Source: Octopus vulgaris (Eukaryota). Taken from it: DNA of 64,000 nucleotides. Position 1 is the first letter of the stretch. Each line of letters begins with the position of its first letter. The notes beneath the pieces are model-generated. The model saw nothing but the letters and a program-made list of their open reading frames with translations, was not told the DNA's origin and ran no database searches. Below are positions 26,971-40,849 of the stretch, piece after piece. The stretch covers positions 209,932,001 to 209,996,000 of the forward strand of contig OX597814.1 of NCBI GenBank assembly GCA_951406725.2. The letters run 5' to 3'. A program made the translations under genes and the position numbers.

Positions 26971-27358
26971 CTAGCAGTATCACGCCGTGTTGCTCGGGTT
27001 TGTTTCGACCCTTTAGAATTGGAATTTTTGAAAAGTAAAAATTTTGCATTATGCAACTTGATATTCTCTTTAAGTGAACATTTTTCCAGTTGAAATACAT
27101 CGAAAAATGGTGACACAGCAGTCAAAAATCGTAAAAAATAGGGATTTTCATAGAAAAAATGACCTTTTTGATGTAAATAATTTTTGGTGTTAACATGGTC
27201 CGATTTGAATTTTATTTCCTACAGAATGAAGAGCAAGCCTTCTTCTATCATACTCTCAATTTTGGTCAAATTGCGCTGCAGGGTCTCGGGGGAGATAGTG
27301 TTAGTTGAAGGCTACCAAACCTGCCACACACAGTCAACTTCAGCTTTATATATATAGA
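26971..27358 (-). mobile_element. Non-autonomous Helitron (second copy)
   Basis: Reverse-complement homolog of 4875-5268. A|TC start at 27358, CTAG|T end at 26971, subterminal hairpin. Confidence 0.85.
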
Positions 27359-27589
27359 TTTGCTAAACACTACTTTCCATCCTTAATAATAAAACGTGGT
27401 AGATACACAAAAGTTAAACACACAGACACACACATACAGATACACACACAGACCCACAAATTGAGTTTTATATATATAGATTTCTCAACGGGGATTTCAG
27501 GGGAGAGTTTCAGGGAGTCACTGGCGATGTATCGTGATGATCAAAAATCGGACCTGCTAATATTTGGTTAAAGTGATTCAAACTGCAGA

Positions 27590-27626
<37 letters not shown>

Positions 27627-27637
27627 TTACCCCCCCC

Positions 27638-27669
<32 letters not shown>

Positions 27670-27674
<5 letters not shown>

Positions 27675-27836
27675 CGGTGGGCTCCTTTCAGTTTCTGTCT
27701 ACCTAATTCACTTAGATAACTTTGTTTGGCCTAAGGCTAAAGTGGAGGGCATTAGACCAAGGTGCGACGCAGTAGGACTGAACTCCCAATAATGTATTTG
27801 GAAGTGAAAATTCTTACCATATAGCCATGGCCACAC
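27670..27836 (-). mobile_element. SINE family B, diverged 5' half
   Basis: CTTTCAGTTTCTGTCTACC..GGACTGAAC..CTTACCATATAGCCA matches family B. Confidence 0.7.
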
Positions 27837-27968
27837 GTTTTAGAAATTTCATGCCCATATATATGCATAACTGTATGTACACACATATATATATGTACAC
27901 ACATGTGTATACTAAAATATAAGTGCCTTCTCATCCTCTCACAGAAACTCTCACACGGACGAATGCAT

Positions 27969-28011
<43 letters not shown>

Positions 28012-29155
28012 TAAACACACTCATAGACACACACATATATATACCTATATTTATATGCAAGGAGGGTGAGGCTGAAATAGCCTGAAGTAATGCTTGAAAT
28101 AGCCATGGGAAAGAAAGCTACGAAACCAAATTAGAAGTTAAGAGAATGTGAGGAATTGGAATACGCTTTTGAAAACATTTTACAACCAAACATCATACAC
28201 TATAGAGGCCGCACATCTTAATCATAAAGAAATAGGCATTTGGCTGTTTAGCAACATGTAAGGTCTTTGAAAATATTTCTGAAGAAACAAATTTGACTTT
28301 TCACACATTAATAATAGCTGCCATATTTTTAAATATATTGAATTTAGCATATTTTATTCCGTTTCCAATCTTTATAATACAGCATATGTTTCAATAAAAT
28401 TCAAATACCTTATATGATCTGCTTATATTTCTATCATCAAAGAAAAGCATTATATAGTAAGTAGTAAATCGAATTTCAAATTGTCGTGGCATATAACATT
28501 CTATATAATTTGCCCGTCATTTTAAATATGGAAATATGACTGTGGAGATGCAAAAGTAGTCAGAACCATAGCATGTTTACAGAATCATAAATACAAACAC
28601 AATGGAATTAAATAGATTCTTGCTTTGTGTGTCACAATTTTTCTAACTCAGTGTTTTATTTCATGTACCAAATTCATCGTGTAACAGATAAATTCCTGCC
28701 GTTAATTAAAAATAAAACAGTATTAGATTCAAAATTGCATATTATTTTATTAGATTCAGTTTAAGAAGCCAAGTTAGTTTTACATTATATTTTAGATTAC
28801 ATACTCTTAATGCTTTTTTTTTAAAAGATTCGTAACTGGATTTTATAGAAAAAAGTAAAAACATCTCGGCAAATATTTACAATCAGAGATAAAATTTTAA
28901 TGCTCGAATTTTACTGAAGTTAAAATTTGTAGTATCGACAATAAAACATTTTGATTAATTTTGGTGTAATTTTTCTATTTTTAGAAACCTCCATCAACTT
29001 TTTGAATCGTTTACCAAACTCTCTTAGGACGTAATAGAGTGGTTTCATACTTTATCTCTGTTCTACTTCTTTCTATGTGGAAATTGTATCCGTACTCTTC
29101 CTTAAGCCGTTAAATCTGAGTTAAACGCAAACTGTTACTGTCAACGATATTTATG

Positions 29156-29388
29156 AAGGCGACGAGCTGGCAGAAACGTTAGCGCGCCGGGCGAAATGCG
29201 TAGCCGTATTTCGTCTGCTGTTACGTTGTGAGTTCAAATTCCGCCGAGGTCGACTTTGCCTTTCATCCTTACGGGGTCGATAAATTAAGTACCAGTTACG
29301 CACTGGGGTCGATGTAATCAACTTAATACCTATGTCTGTCCTTGTTTATCCCCTCTGTGTTTAGCCCCTTGTGCGTAATAAAGAAATA
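29156..29388 (+). mobile_element. SINE family A, full length, perfect 10-bp TSD
   Basis: GATATTTATG at 29146-29155 and 29389-29398. Confidence 0.95.
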
Positions 29389-30531
29389 GATATTTATGTA
29401 TTTTTAGTTACATGGTACGTAGAAATGAATTGATACAATACCGACATAGTACCTTATCAAATACCTTTATACAGACATGCACACAAATACATACAGTCCT
29501 TAGACCAAGGGTAGGCGTTTGGCTACCGATGCGGCCTATCTGATTTTCAAATACCTAACATACGCGAACCATATGCCATTCTGGTTCATGATTTCCAACC
29601 AATGCATCAACTAAAAGCTTCCTTTAATTGCCCTTTTGTGGGAATGCTCTGTGTTACTTCGCTTTATGAGAGGCAGACGTGCCTCACTTCTTGTACTTCC
29701 TTTCTTAAAACTGTTAGGAAAAAGCTTAATTTCGGTGACATACAGCTCCCACATCCTGTTGTTTTTTTTTCTTCATAGACGTATTCATAGTTCCACATTG
29801 AGAAATGAAGAAATATCAGTGAGTGTTTGTTAATGCACAGTAAATAATACGGCAAACGATTTATCTTATTTTCGCCAAATTTTGTTGTCATATGGAAATC
29901 TCACATTCGTTTCACCACATTAACCCACTAAAATATTTAGAATTTAAAACTTCGTCTGGCTATGTACTTTATTACGTATATCCCAATTAATATCAATAAA
30001 TTTCTATTTGTTTAATTTTCAACAATTTGTAATACATTTAGTATTCATTTTCAAATTCTAACCTGATAATCACGTTAAATATAACCAATTAACAGAATAA
30101 TAATAAGAATGACAATATCAGTTATAATTTTATTTACATTGAGATTTAACATTCTAATAAAACTTTGTCAAGACTTACTCCAGTTTAGAACTGATTATAT
30201 GATTCTGAGACACTCGTTGCATGACAACCAGTTAATATGTGAAGCATTTTTAATGCATGAAACACAGACGTTCAAGTAAAATGAAACATAATGTTAGGGA
30301 AAATAAACAGTATTTGTCAACATCTAATTGTTTTGTTCATTTGCCGACAAGAATGGAAAGCATACGGATAGTTTCCTCCTATTTTATTGTTACAACGAGC
30401 TATTTGTTGTACGTTTAATAAACAAATATTCGTTCAAATTCTTAGGCGGAGAAGAAAATTGTTAGAGAATTAAATATTAATGACACCATCCACACGGTAA
30501 GAGTAATTTGGGATCATAATATAAAAAATAT

Positions 30532-30826
30532 GTGGAGGCACAATGGCCTAGTGGCTAGGGCAGCGGACTCGCGGTCGTAGGGTCGCGGTTTCGATTCTTA
30601 GACCGGGCGTTGTGAGTGTTTATTGAGCAAAAACACCTAAAAGCTCCACGAGGCTCCGGCAGAGGATGGTGATACCTGCTGTACTCTTACACCACAACTT
30701 TCTCTCACTCTTTCTTCTGTTGGCCTGCTCGCTTAGCCAGCGGGGTGGCGTCATTTGAAAGCTAAAAAAAACAATGCGAACGCATTGTGACCAGTGATGT
30801 GTAACTACATCTGATAGGCTGGTCGT
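30532..30826 (+). mobile_element. SINE family C with third tail type
   Basis: A-box TGGCCTAGTGG, B-box GGTTTCGATTC. Body shared with the copies at 22654 and 24685. Confidence 0.88.
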
Positions 30827-32529
30827 AAAAAAAAATATATATATAAAATATACATATTTTAAGTAGAATAAAATTTGATTAGAAATATGTAAAGTATTTT
30901 CTTAATATATTTTCGCTTTCTGTATATTCTAAATTTTAGAGTGGTTTTCTGGTGTTTTTTTTTTTTTAGATTAAAGCTGATTTATTTGTGGAAAATTAAT
31001 TGATTGGGCAAACGGTATAAAATATTAATAGAATTTACACGCTTCGGTTCGTTCGATATCTCTTTGAGAGAAACAGGTAACCTTCAACATTTTGAGTATA
31101 AAGGTAAACATTTGACGCTACGAAATACACCACGCTGCATTTTCTTTAGTCTACGTTGAAGTACATAGTTTATCGAGCTAGGAGCAAGTAATGGTAGCTG
31201 AATTATTAGTTTCCTTTTCTATAGCTTGTAACATGTGGCGAATGATATAAAACCTTTACATGGTTAAATTGTTTAATTCGCAAACGATACTTCATAATTA
31301 AGAAAAAAGAAAATATCACCAAGAACAAGTACTCTGTCTTAGTTGATTGAGAAATAAATGTTGTAGACGTAGCTTCCGGTAAACGATATATAAAGCAATG
31401 ATAGATATTCAGCAAAATAATACAAGTTTCGAAATGTTAAGAAATAGTAAATAATCTATGAAATTTGCTGTGAAAACGATGATGTGATTTACAAGGAAAG
31501 AATAGTGTGTGTGTGTCTGTGTGTGTGTGTGTACATAAACATATGTACGTAAATATGCATGTATGCATTATTGCTCTGGGGACATACGAGTGTTAAGTGT
31601 AGCTTTTTAACAAGCAACTGTAATTAAACTATAAACTATATAAATCGATAGGTGCCAAGATACAAGAACAGAGAAATATCTATCTGGGAGTGTACAGGGC
31701 ACACATATACACACATATATACACGCATATGTATATATCTGTGTACCAGAGTATGAATGTCTGTCTGTCTCTCTCTCGCATAGAAATTTGACATTTTTGT
31801 ATTCCCTCCGCTTTAAATTATATTTCTAAAACTACTACTCACTTTCGTATCACCCCACCCATACCTTTTCTCTACCCATCCCTTAATACAGCCCTATCAT
31901 ATCACCCATACCCACATATCTCACACTTTTTCACTCCTTACCTTCTCATCTCTTCCTATCCTCTCCTCACATTAACTTGACCATCAACTAACACTCCTTT
32001 TCTCATTTTTTTAACCTTTTTTTCACTTTTTCTTTTCCTTTCTTCCACACTTTTCACTTTTTCTTCTCTCTTTTTTCTTTTCTCACTCCTTTTTTATTAT
32101 TTTTTCTGTGCTTTTCCTTTTTCACTGTCTTTCGTCCTCACATTTTCTCTTCCTATCTTCATTTTGATCTAACTCCTCATTCTAATCATACACATCTCTC
32201 CCATCTATCCACAAGTACTACCAATACATTCTAAAAGTGTCATTCAAACCACCATATCACTTCGAATAAAGCAACACAGAATCCACGGCTCCATACCTAG
32301 AAATGACTAAACATAAACTACTATCGGAACTTACATGCCATGTACAGGAAACTTATTTACCACTTCTCTACACCACTTTACACGAATAATGGAACTGAAA
32401 TTACGGTGTTTTATATTTTCTTTCTACTTTCATTCTCTTATTTCTCTCTATATTCCCTATCTCCTCCTTTCTCACAATAATTCCTTATTTCAAACTCTAA
32501 CATTTACCTTTATTTAACAATATCACATC

Positions 32530-32577
32530 GTCTCTGATGAAGGGATATCGATAATATCCCAGAAACCACTGTAAGAC
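32530..32577 (+). ncRNA. Minimal type I hammerhead ribozyme (PLE-type)
   Basis: GTCT-CTGATGA-A-GGGATAT-cgata-ATATCCC-A-GAAAC-cact-GTA-AGAC. Stem I GTCT/AGAC, 7-bp stem II, GUA cleavage triplet. Confidence 0.8.
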
Positions 32578-32648
32578 TATATCTATGTCTCGATCCTTAT
32601 AAATATTATGGAAACTACTCACAGCCTTAGCTTTGTTATCACCTTTGT

Positions 32649-32710
<62 letters not shown>

Positions 32711-33592
32711 TGCTAATACAAGACTTACATTAGACTCTTCACTCGTATCACTATCGAACCAAGTGTGTGTATAAGGGGGAACTCTGCGAATTGACAATGC
32801 AACACAGTCGTACTTTGAGAAAACTTCGCTGTTGCAGAAATTCCAGGTATCTAATTGGTAAAAGCAGTGTTTCTTTTCAAGTAGTAAGATAAGTAACAAG
32901 ATGAAGAATGTATATAGCACAACTTTAGTATTCGTTAAACTCGTTTCCATGCCACTCCATTTCTAACTACATAGAAGGCAAATAATTCCAGTTCGATCTC
33001 TAATGATAATGGAAGGCGCACTGGTTCTCGTGGCTCCTGATCTTAACTGATTGGAAGTTATCGAATTATATGTTTTGTCTTGGTATATGTTGGAACTGAT
33101 TTGAAGTATATGTTTTGTCTTGGTGTGAAAGATGGGATACAGCAAATATTCTGTCGAATACCACTGATTTATTTCTCAGTTACTTAACCTCAACCAGTCG
33201 AGCATGTCCCTTGATGGCCGACGATATGTGTATCTCTGATTAAGAGCAGAAGTAGTGGGGGGAACATCATAGCCATGCGTTGAGAGAAATGCTTTGCGGG
33301 TTAAATAATTCTCCTTTTGAAACATGGATGTTTTATTCAGCATCCTTAAGCAACCCTTATCCAGGGTTTGAGGAGGATGGGCTACTCGACCTGAGGAAAA
33401 TTCTTACTGGGTTCCACCTGCAAGTTCATGCTCTGTATACCTTGATATGAGATCACCATGTTACGCACCTATTGTTGTGATGTATGTGCCTGGTGTATCT
33501 TTATCAGATAGGTAATCATGAAGGATATATTGGTCTTCGTATATTTTACACCAGTGTCACTTTGGTGGCAAGAAAAGAAAAGAAAAAAATTG

Positions 33593-34038
33593 TTTCAGCT
33601 ATAGGTACAAAGCCTGAAATTTTGGCGAAGGGGATCAGTGGATTACATCTATCCCAGTGCGTAACAGGTACTCAATTTATCGACTCCGAAAGGATGAAAG
33701 GCAAAGTTGACTCCAGTGGAATTTCGACTCAGAACGTGAAAACAGATGAGATAACGCTAAACATGTCGTCCGGCATGCTAACGATTCTGCGAGCTCGTCG
33801 CCTTAATAATAATCATAATAATAATGGTCTCAAATTTTGCCACAAGGGCAGTCATTTTGGTGGAGAGGACTAGTCGATTGCATGGACCCCAGTGAGTCAC
33901 AGGTACTTAATTTATCGACCACGAAAGAATGAAAGGTAACGTCAACCCTGGCGGAATTTAAACACAGAACATGTAGACAGGTGAAAAACCGCTAAGCATT
34001 TCACCCAGCGTGCTAACTATTCTTCCAGCTCGCCGCTT
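33593..34038 (-). mobile_element. Two tandem older family A SINEs separated by (AAT)n
   Basis: 33593-33804 and 33826-34038 each carry TTTATCGAC..CGAAAG.ATGAAAGG.AA.GT..AC and end in the reverse complement of the AAGGCGGCGAGCT head. Confidence 0.85.
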
Positions 34039-34059
34039 TATTGATAATCCTAATAATCC

Positions 34060-34112
<53 letters not shown>

Positions 34113-34121
34113 GTAATAATG

Positions 34122-34170
<49 letters not shown>
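34060..34170. repeat. (AAT)n microsatellite, target of the adjacent LINE
   Basis: Directly visible. Resumes at 35729. Confidence 0.95.
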
Positions 34171-34171
<1 letters not shown>

Positions 34172-35625
34172 TAGAAAAATGCGCCAAAGTAACCATGAAA
34201 AGAGGAAAACTAGTTAAGAGTAACAACATCACACTAGATGAAGCAAATGAAATAAAAGAATTAGACCAAAGCCAAACTTACAAATACTTAGGAATCCATG
34301 AACTAGATAAGACACAACACACACAAATGAAAGAGAAAATAAAAAAAGAATATTATAGACGAGTTAGATCAATACTAAACACAGAGCTCAATGCTAAAAA
34401 CAAGATAATAGGTATCAACACTTTAGCTGTCCCAGTTATAAGTTAGGGCTACAATATCCTTAACTGGACACGAAATGAACTGACCAAAATAGACAGGAAA
34501 ACAAGAAAAATAATGACAGGATCTAGGATGCATCACCCAAAATCTGACATAGAAAGACTATATATACAACGTATAGAAGGTGGTAGAGGCCTTATACAGC
34601 TGGAAAACTACTATAAAATAACCACCATAGGATTGCAAAAATATCTACTTCAAAAGGAAGGAAAACTGATCCAGATAGCGGCAAAACACGAGCAAAACAA
34701 AAAACTGTTCTCAGTATTTAAGGAAGCTGACAAATACAAACAAGAAATCATACCACCTAATAAACATGAAGAAGAAGAAGATGAAGAAACAACAAAAGCT
34801 ATAAAAAAAATGAAATCCAAACTAAAAATAGAACAGCAACGAACCATGATAAAACGATGGCAAGAAAAGCCCCTTCATGGTAAATACTGGACTAAACTAA
34901 ACGCAAAAGAAATAGACAAAGAAAAATCCCAGCAATGGTTGAGAAGCTCAGGACTCAAAGCAGAAACAGAGGGATTTTTAATTGCAGCACAAGACCAAAG
35001 CCTCCCCACCAGAAATTACCAAAAACATGTAATGAAAAGAAATATTACAAGTAACTGCAGAATATGTGGAGATGGACAAGAAACAATAAATCATATTATC
35101 TCTAGCTGCCCAGTCCTGGCTAAGAAGGAATATATTCACAGACATGACAGAGTTGGAACTTACATACATTGGAAGCTATGCCAACATTATGGAATAACAA
35201 CAGAAAAAAGATGGTATAGGCACACACCAGAAAAGGTCACAGAAAACGAGAAAGCAACCATACTCTGGGATATGCCGATACACACAGATAGAGAAATTAA
35301 GGCCAACAGACCAGATATAGTTGTCAGAGACCATGAAGAAAAAAAATGCTTTCTAATTGATGTATCAGTACCGGCAGATGACAACGTGTCTCTAAAAGAA
35401 ATGGAGAAACTCTCAAAATACAAAGACCTGGAAATAGAGGTAACTAGAATGTGGAATCTGAAAACAGAAACAATTCCTATCATAGTAGGTGCATTAGGCA
35501 TGATAAAAAAATATTCAGACAAATACATAACAAAAACACCAGGACTTACAAACACATATAACATACAGAAAATTGCACTACTAGGCACTGCACACATCCT
35601 ACGCAGAACACTTTCCATACAATAA
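34171..35625 (+). pseudogene. RT thumb, zinc knuckle and restriction-like endonuclease (partial ORF, one in-frame stop)
   Basis: ORFs 34195-34446 and 34513-35625 are in the same frame. The only lesion is TAG at 34444-34446. Confidence 0.9.
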
Positions 35626-35728
35626 CCATCAGAGCATCACAACAAATCACAGCACATACCCAAGGCACACAGAGCTGCGCTCGGTAGTGAAGTGAAAGCA
35701 CGCTATAAAAATAAAAATAAAACTACTG
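34171..35728 (+). mobile_element. R4/Dong-like RLE non-LTR retrotransposon, 5'-truncated, inserted in (TAA)n
   Basis: One frame from LEKCAKVTMKRG through YKYLG, GGRGL, CCHC knuckle CRICGDGQETINHIISSC, RHD and RLE motifs RPDIVV..LIDVSVP..EKLSKY. (AAT)n on both sides. Confidence 0.93.
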
Positions 35729-35942
35729 AATAATAATAATAATAATAATTATCTGTCTACCTGAATGCACCATTTCCTAATTTTTTTGAGCTCTTTTGAA
35801 CAGGCAAACATCCCTGTTTCCTAATTAGGAAAAATGAAACACCTCCAAACGGAAATCTCCGAACACTTTCTGGAGTTACACAATTCCGAAAGCTGTAAAG
35901 CACAGCAAATCTTCATTTAATATTGTAAAGAAATCAACGGTG

Positions 35943-35996
<54 letters not shown>

Positions 35997-36083
35997 TGTT
36001 TGTTTGTATTCCACCTGCCTTCGTCTTTTGTTTATTTCCGTAAACCTGCCTTCGTCTTTTGTCTATTTTCATAAAGCTTCCCG

Positions 36084-36127
<44 letters not shown>

Positions 36128-36808
36128 GTGTGTGCGTGTGCGTGTGTGTATATGTGTGTGTGTGTGTGTATACATGTATGTATATCTGTGTGTGTATGTA
36201 CGTCTTTCTATCGTTAATTTAGACAAAACGTACTAAATCAGTTCTTTTCAAAAATTTCCTTCACTAACATTACTAAGGGAATTAGAAGACACGCATTTTG
36301 ACCCTTCTCTGGCCACATGGGTGCAAGCACCCTTTTGTTGATTCCCTGTCAAAATCTATTTGAATATATTTATAGAATAATATTTAAATGTATGCTCGCC
36401 AAACTGTCACTTCCTCTTACAATCACCCCGACTCTCATGTACTTACGATCACCTCAAACATAAAACAGGAGTTGTAACTAGTAATGCACTATGGTAATAG
36501 CCAAGCCAGCACATTTAACTTTAACAATCCCCAGCAACGATATAAGGAACAAATCATAATCTGAAAATAAAAATTGCACTGGTACCATGGCTACAGAAGG
36601 TAGCGACAGAGACAAAAAGAACAACAGTAATAATAGTGATCAGTGGTGGACACAACTACTATAGTAGCAGAAAATTAGTAATGGCAACGGCTATAATAAT
36701 TATGTTAATAATGGCGGTGATAATAATGGTAGAGATAATGATAAGCGTTCCTTTATCAGTCATAAAAGTCAGAATAATAACAGTATTAATGTGACGAAAA
36801 AATACTTT

Positions 36809-38620
36809 ATGAAGCGAAAAGGAAAATTAATAGAGTGCAGCAAATTGCTTGCCCTATGGTAAGCGTCTCTCAGTGGGGATCCTGAGGTCGAAAATACAAC
36901 TATTGGCACAAACACTTCTTCGAATACGAACATAGGAGGTCGCTTGAACTGGAACTGCCCCAGCTCGAGCTCTCCAAGTTCACCACCACATCGACTACAA
37001 AAAGAAAAATGTAAGAGGATCAAATGAACCTGGGAAGAGTATGCAGAAGTAATATATACATATTACTATGCATTATGTCGGCCATTTCAGGAGAAACAAA
37101 CCACAAATTAAAAAAGAAATATGGAGAACATGAAATCAAGATAGTAGACCCTATTTAGACGAAATAAATAGCAAATGTTAGGAAGGATATCTTCAGAAAT
37201 AGTAGAATCACAAATATTGAAATAATCGAACTCAAGCACGCAGTGGAAAATGATCTAAATATAAAACAGAAAGGAAATGAAGAACCTAATATAGAGAGTA
37301 GTCCCCCATGAGTCTTATTTGAAAGACTGTCATCTGAAAAAATCACGCAAAGAGTCTGAAGAAATAAGAAATTCTAATGAACCTGTTAAAGGTAGGCAGG
37401 TAATTAGTAAAAAAACATTGAAGACCACACATTTGCTGAAGAACATAGGGCCCATAATGGAGATGAAGTAGGAAAATATTGAATGAGCATTCAGTTGTAA
37501 AGCATAAAAATATGAATGTTTGACAACCACTTCATAATCCCTCAAATACACCCCCCCCCACAAAAAAATACAAAACAAAACCAAATTGGTGATTATGTAA
37601 CATAAAAAATTAAAATAATTAAAAGTTGATTTACTTGATGTTACTGAGTGAAATGAAATTATTTTCGCATCCGCTAAGGCAATTGAATCAAGTTGCATGC
37701 TTCGAAAACAGAAAGATGACTAAACCTGAGAGGAAATCCAAAGTGGTGACGTAAGACTGATAATGAAATTGAGAGGAAATATCAATATTAAATGAACTGA
37801 TCTGTGAAGTGATATGTAAACTGATCCAGTAAAGGAAGAAAGATAAGGAGAAAATATGGATTTCTATCAAGAGAACAGTTATCAACAGAAGAAACTCTGA
37901 GACAAATGTCTACTCAAAGAATACGAAAATTTGAGAAAAGAAAGAATTTTAAAAATAAAATAAGCTGTTCACACCCAATGACAAAACATTTTATAGAGAA
38001 ATATGGAAGTAGAAAATAACTATTCAAATGCCTCCAATGGAAGAAGAATTAAATAGTGGGAAAATGATGAGAAGACATACAATAAAAATATAGATTGGAT
38101 TAGGTGCACACAAGGATGCTACAAAAATTTAGAACAAGAATGGGAAACATCACAATAGCATCACCTAAGCATGACACGCAAGAAGCTCATAAGTAGAAAT
38201 CCCCGGTAATGATAAAGTGCCAAATTTCTAGTTCTCTTGTCCGCACACGAAAATTTAATCCAGTTGTTCAATGAGAGATCCCGAGAAAGCCCCTGGCTGG
38301 TTACTTACCAACTTCCAAAGAATAAAGAAACCAAAGTTCAAAAAATTTATCGTCCCATAACTTCCTTATGTATCACTTATAAATTCTAACATATATCCTG
38401 GTAGAGAAAATCTATGGATTTATGGAAGAGAAGAATATTTTCCCCTCTGAACAAAAAGGGCATCGACGTCGATCATATTTATGCAAAAATCAACCCTTTA
38501 CTTATCGTACCATCCTTGAGAAATGCCATAACAAGTAGAGAAATTCCAATCTCGGATGGATTGATCACGAAGAGGCTTTTGACAGCTTACTGCATTCATG
38601 ATCTTGAAATCGATAGACAT
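36809..38620 (+). mobile_element. Old, decayed R4/Dong-like LINE, 5' half (N-terminal region to early RT)
   Basis: Hand translations across frameshifts: KRIK*TWEEYAEVIYTYYYA, KLFTPNDKTFYREI, SPGNDKVPNF*, PKNKETK..YRPITSLCITYKIL, FPSEQKGHRR, GWIDHEEAFDS. Confidence 0.8.
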
Positions 38621-38659
38621 CTTCTATGTTTCTCTGGAAATTTCAAAATTTTCTGAAGC

Positions 38660-39408
<749 letters not shown>

Positions 39409-39409
39409 A

Positions 39410-39441
<32 letters not shown>

Positions 39442-39480
39442 AAGAAGAAGAAGAAGAAGAACAACAACAACAACAATAAC

Positions 39481-39553
<73 letters not shown>

Positions 39554-40625
39554 GTAATAATAATAATAACAGTGGCTCTCATGTCTTCTTATCTTAACTT
39601 ATTGGAAGTGCTATCTTGAAAAACAATACCTTCGGACACAATCACAAAGATACACGTTCACATGCACATATGCACGTATATACACACGCAACACACACAA
39701 CACAGTGTATATCTATAAAATTCACACAAGAGGCATTAATCGACAAGATGCTATAATAGGAGATATTTGCTGAACCTAGACGCGGTGGGTTGGGACCCAT
39801 GATAGTGGGGTTTTGTAGAAAGCATTTCGCAGTTTACAATGAATAACATTATACTGAATTATAGAAACAAGACGGCTAGTTAGACATGATAACTCTATTA
39901 ACACTTTGTTTAGATAAAAAAAAACAAAACAAAAAAGAAACAGTATTCTAATTTCAGAGAAACGTATGTCATCTAAAAGACCTCTACAAAATAGCTTAAT
40001 CTGCTTGACATAATTATTTGTCTACCTCGCCATTGCCGGTTTGGGGTTAAACAACAACTATTGATATCACTACAAAGGACTGTAAGCACTATGTTCAAAA
40101 TGACGGAAATGTGCCAACACGAATTAAAGTGGGACGAAAGGAAATGTTATGCGTGTATAGGCAGCTATTTTATATTCTAATTTTCTCGTATAATTTATCT
40201 AACGCTATAAAATTAACATAAAATCAATTGTCCTACGTCTAATCTCCTGAAACTTTATAGCCAAGAACAGCCAATGTTTCGCTGGTAATAATATTTAACT
40301 TATATACTAATATGCCCGAATGAAAACTTAATTATCCTTACAGTTATTAATGGCAATGCAGGCATTTATGAGCCAACAAAAAGAACCTCAGTGTGTCCCG
40401 TTGTTCTCCTAGATATAATAACAACATTTTAGATAACAAACTTGATGTCTTGAAAATATATATATGAAATATATGATGATTGAAAAAGGCATGGGATGGT
40501 CATGGCTGGCATGCGTTATATTGTAGGTCAACTCCATGAACACCTTATGTTACATCAGCCTCCTCCTCCACCTCCTTCTCTTCCTTCCCTCTTTCTCCTC
40601 CTTAACCCCCTCCTCCTCCTCCTCA

Positions 40626-40678
<53 letters not shown>

Positions 40679-40849
40679 ACATATGTATGTTTATATGTGT
40701 GTATGCGTGTGTACAAATGAAAACAAAATAGATTATCACCAATCACATGCGAATGGAGGTTAATGTATTTAATAACAGATTAACTCAATTTGACATGATT
40801 TAAATTCAAATGTTTTTTTTTAGTATGGAGGATGAATAATGGACAAGAC

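Noticed and set aside
33068-33570. GC-richer segment that looks like a dispersed repeat
   Set aside because: No second copy, termini or coding motif in the window, apart from an 18-bp direct repeat at its start. Cannot be classified from the sequence alone.
35187-35618. 143-aa minus-strand ORF
   Set aside because: Antisense shadow of the R4/Dong ORF.
34171-38620. One rearranged R4/Dong element (3' half placed before 5' half)
   Set aside because: Very different decay levels (one stop vs many frameshifts) indicate independent insertions.
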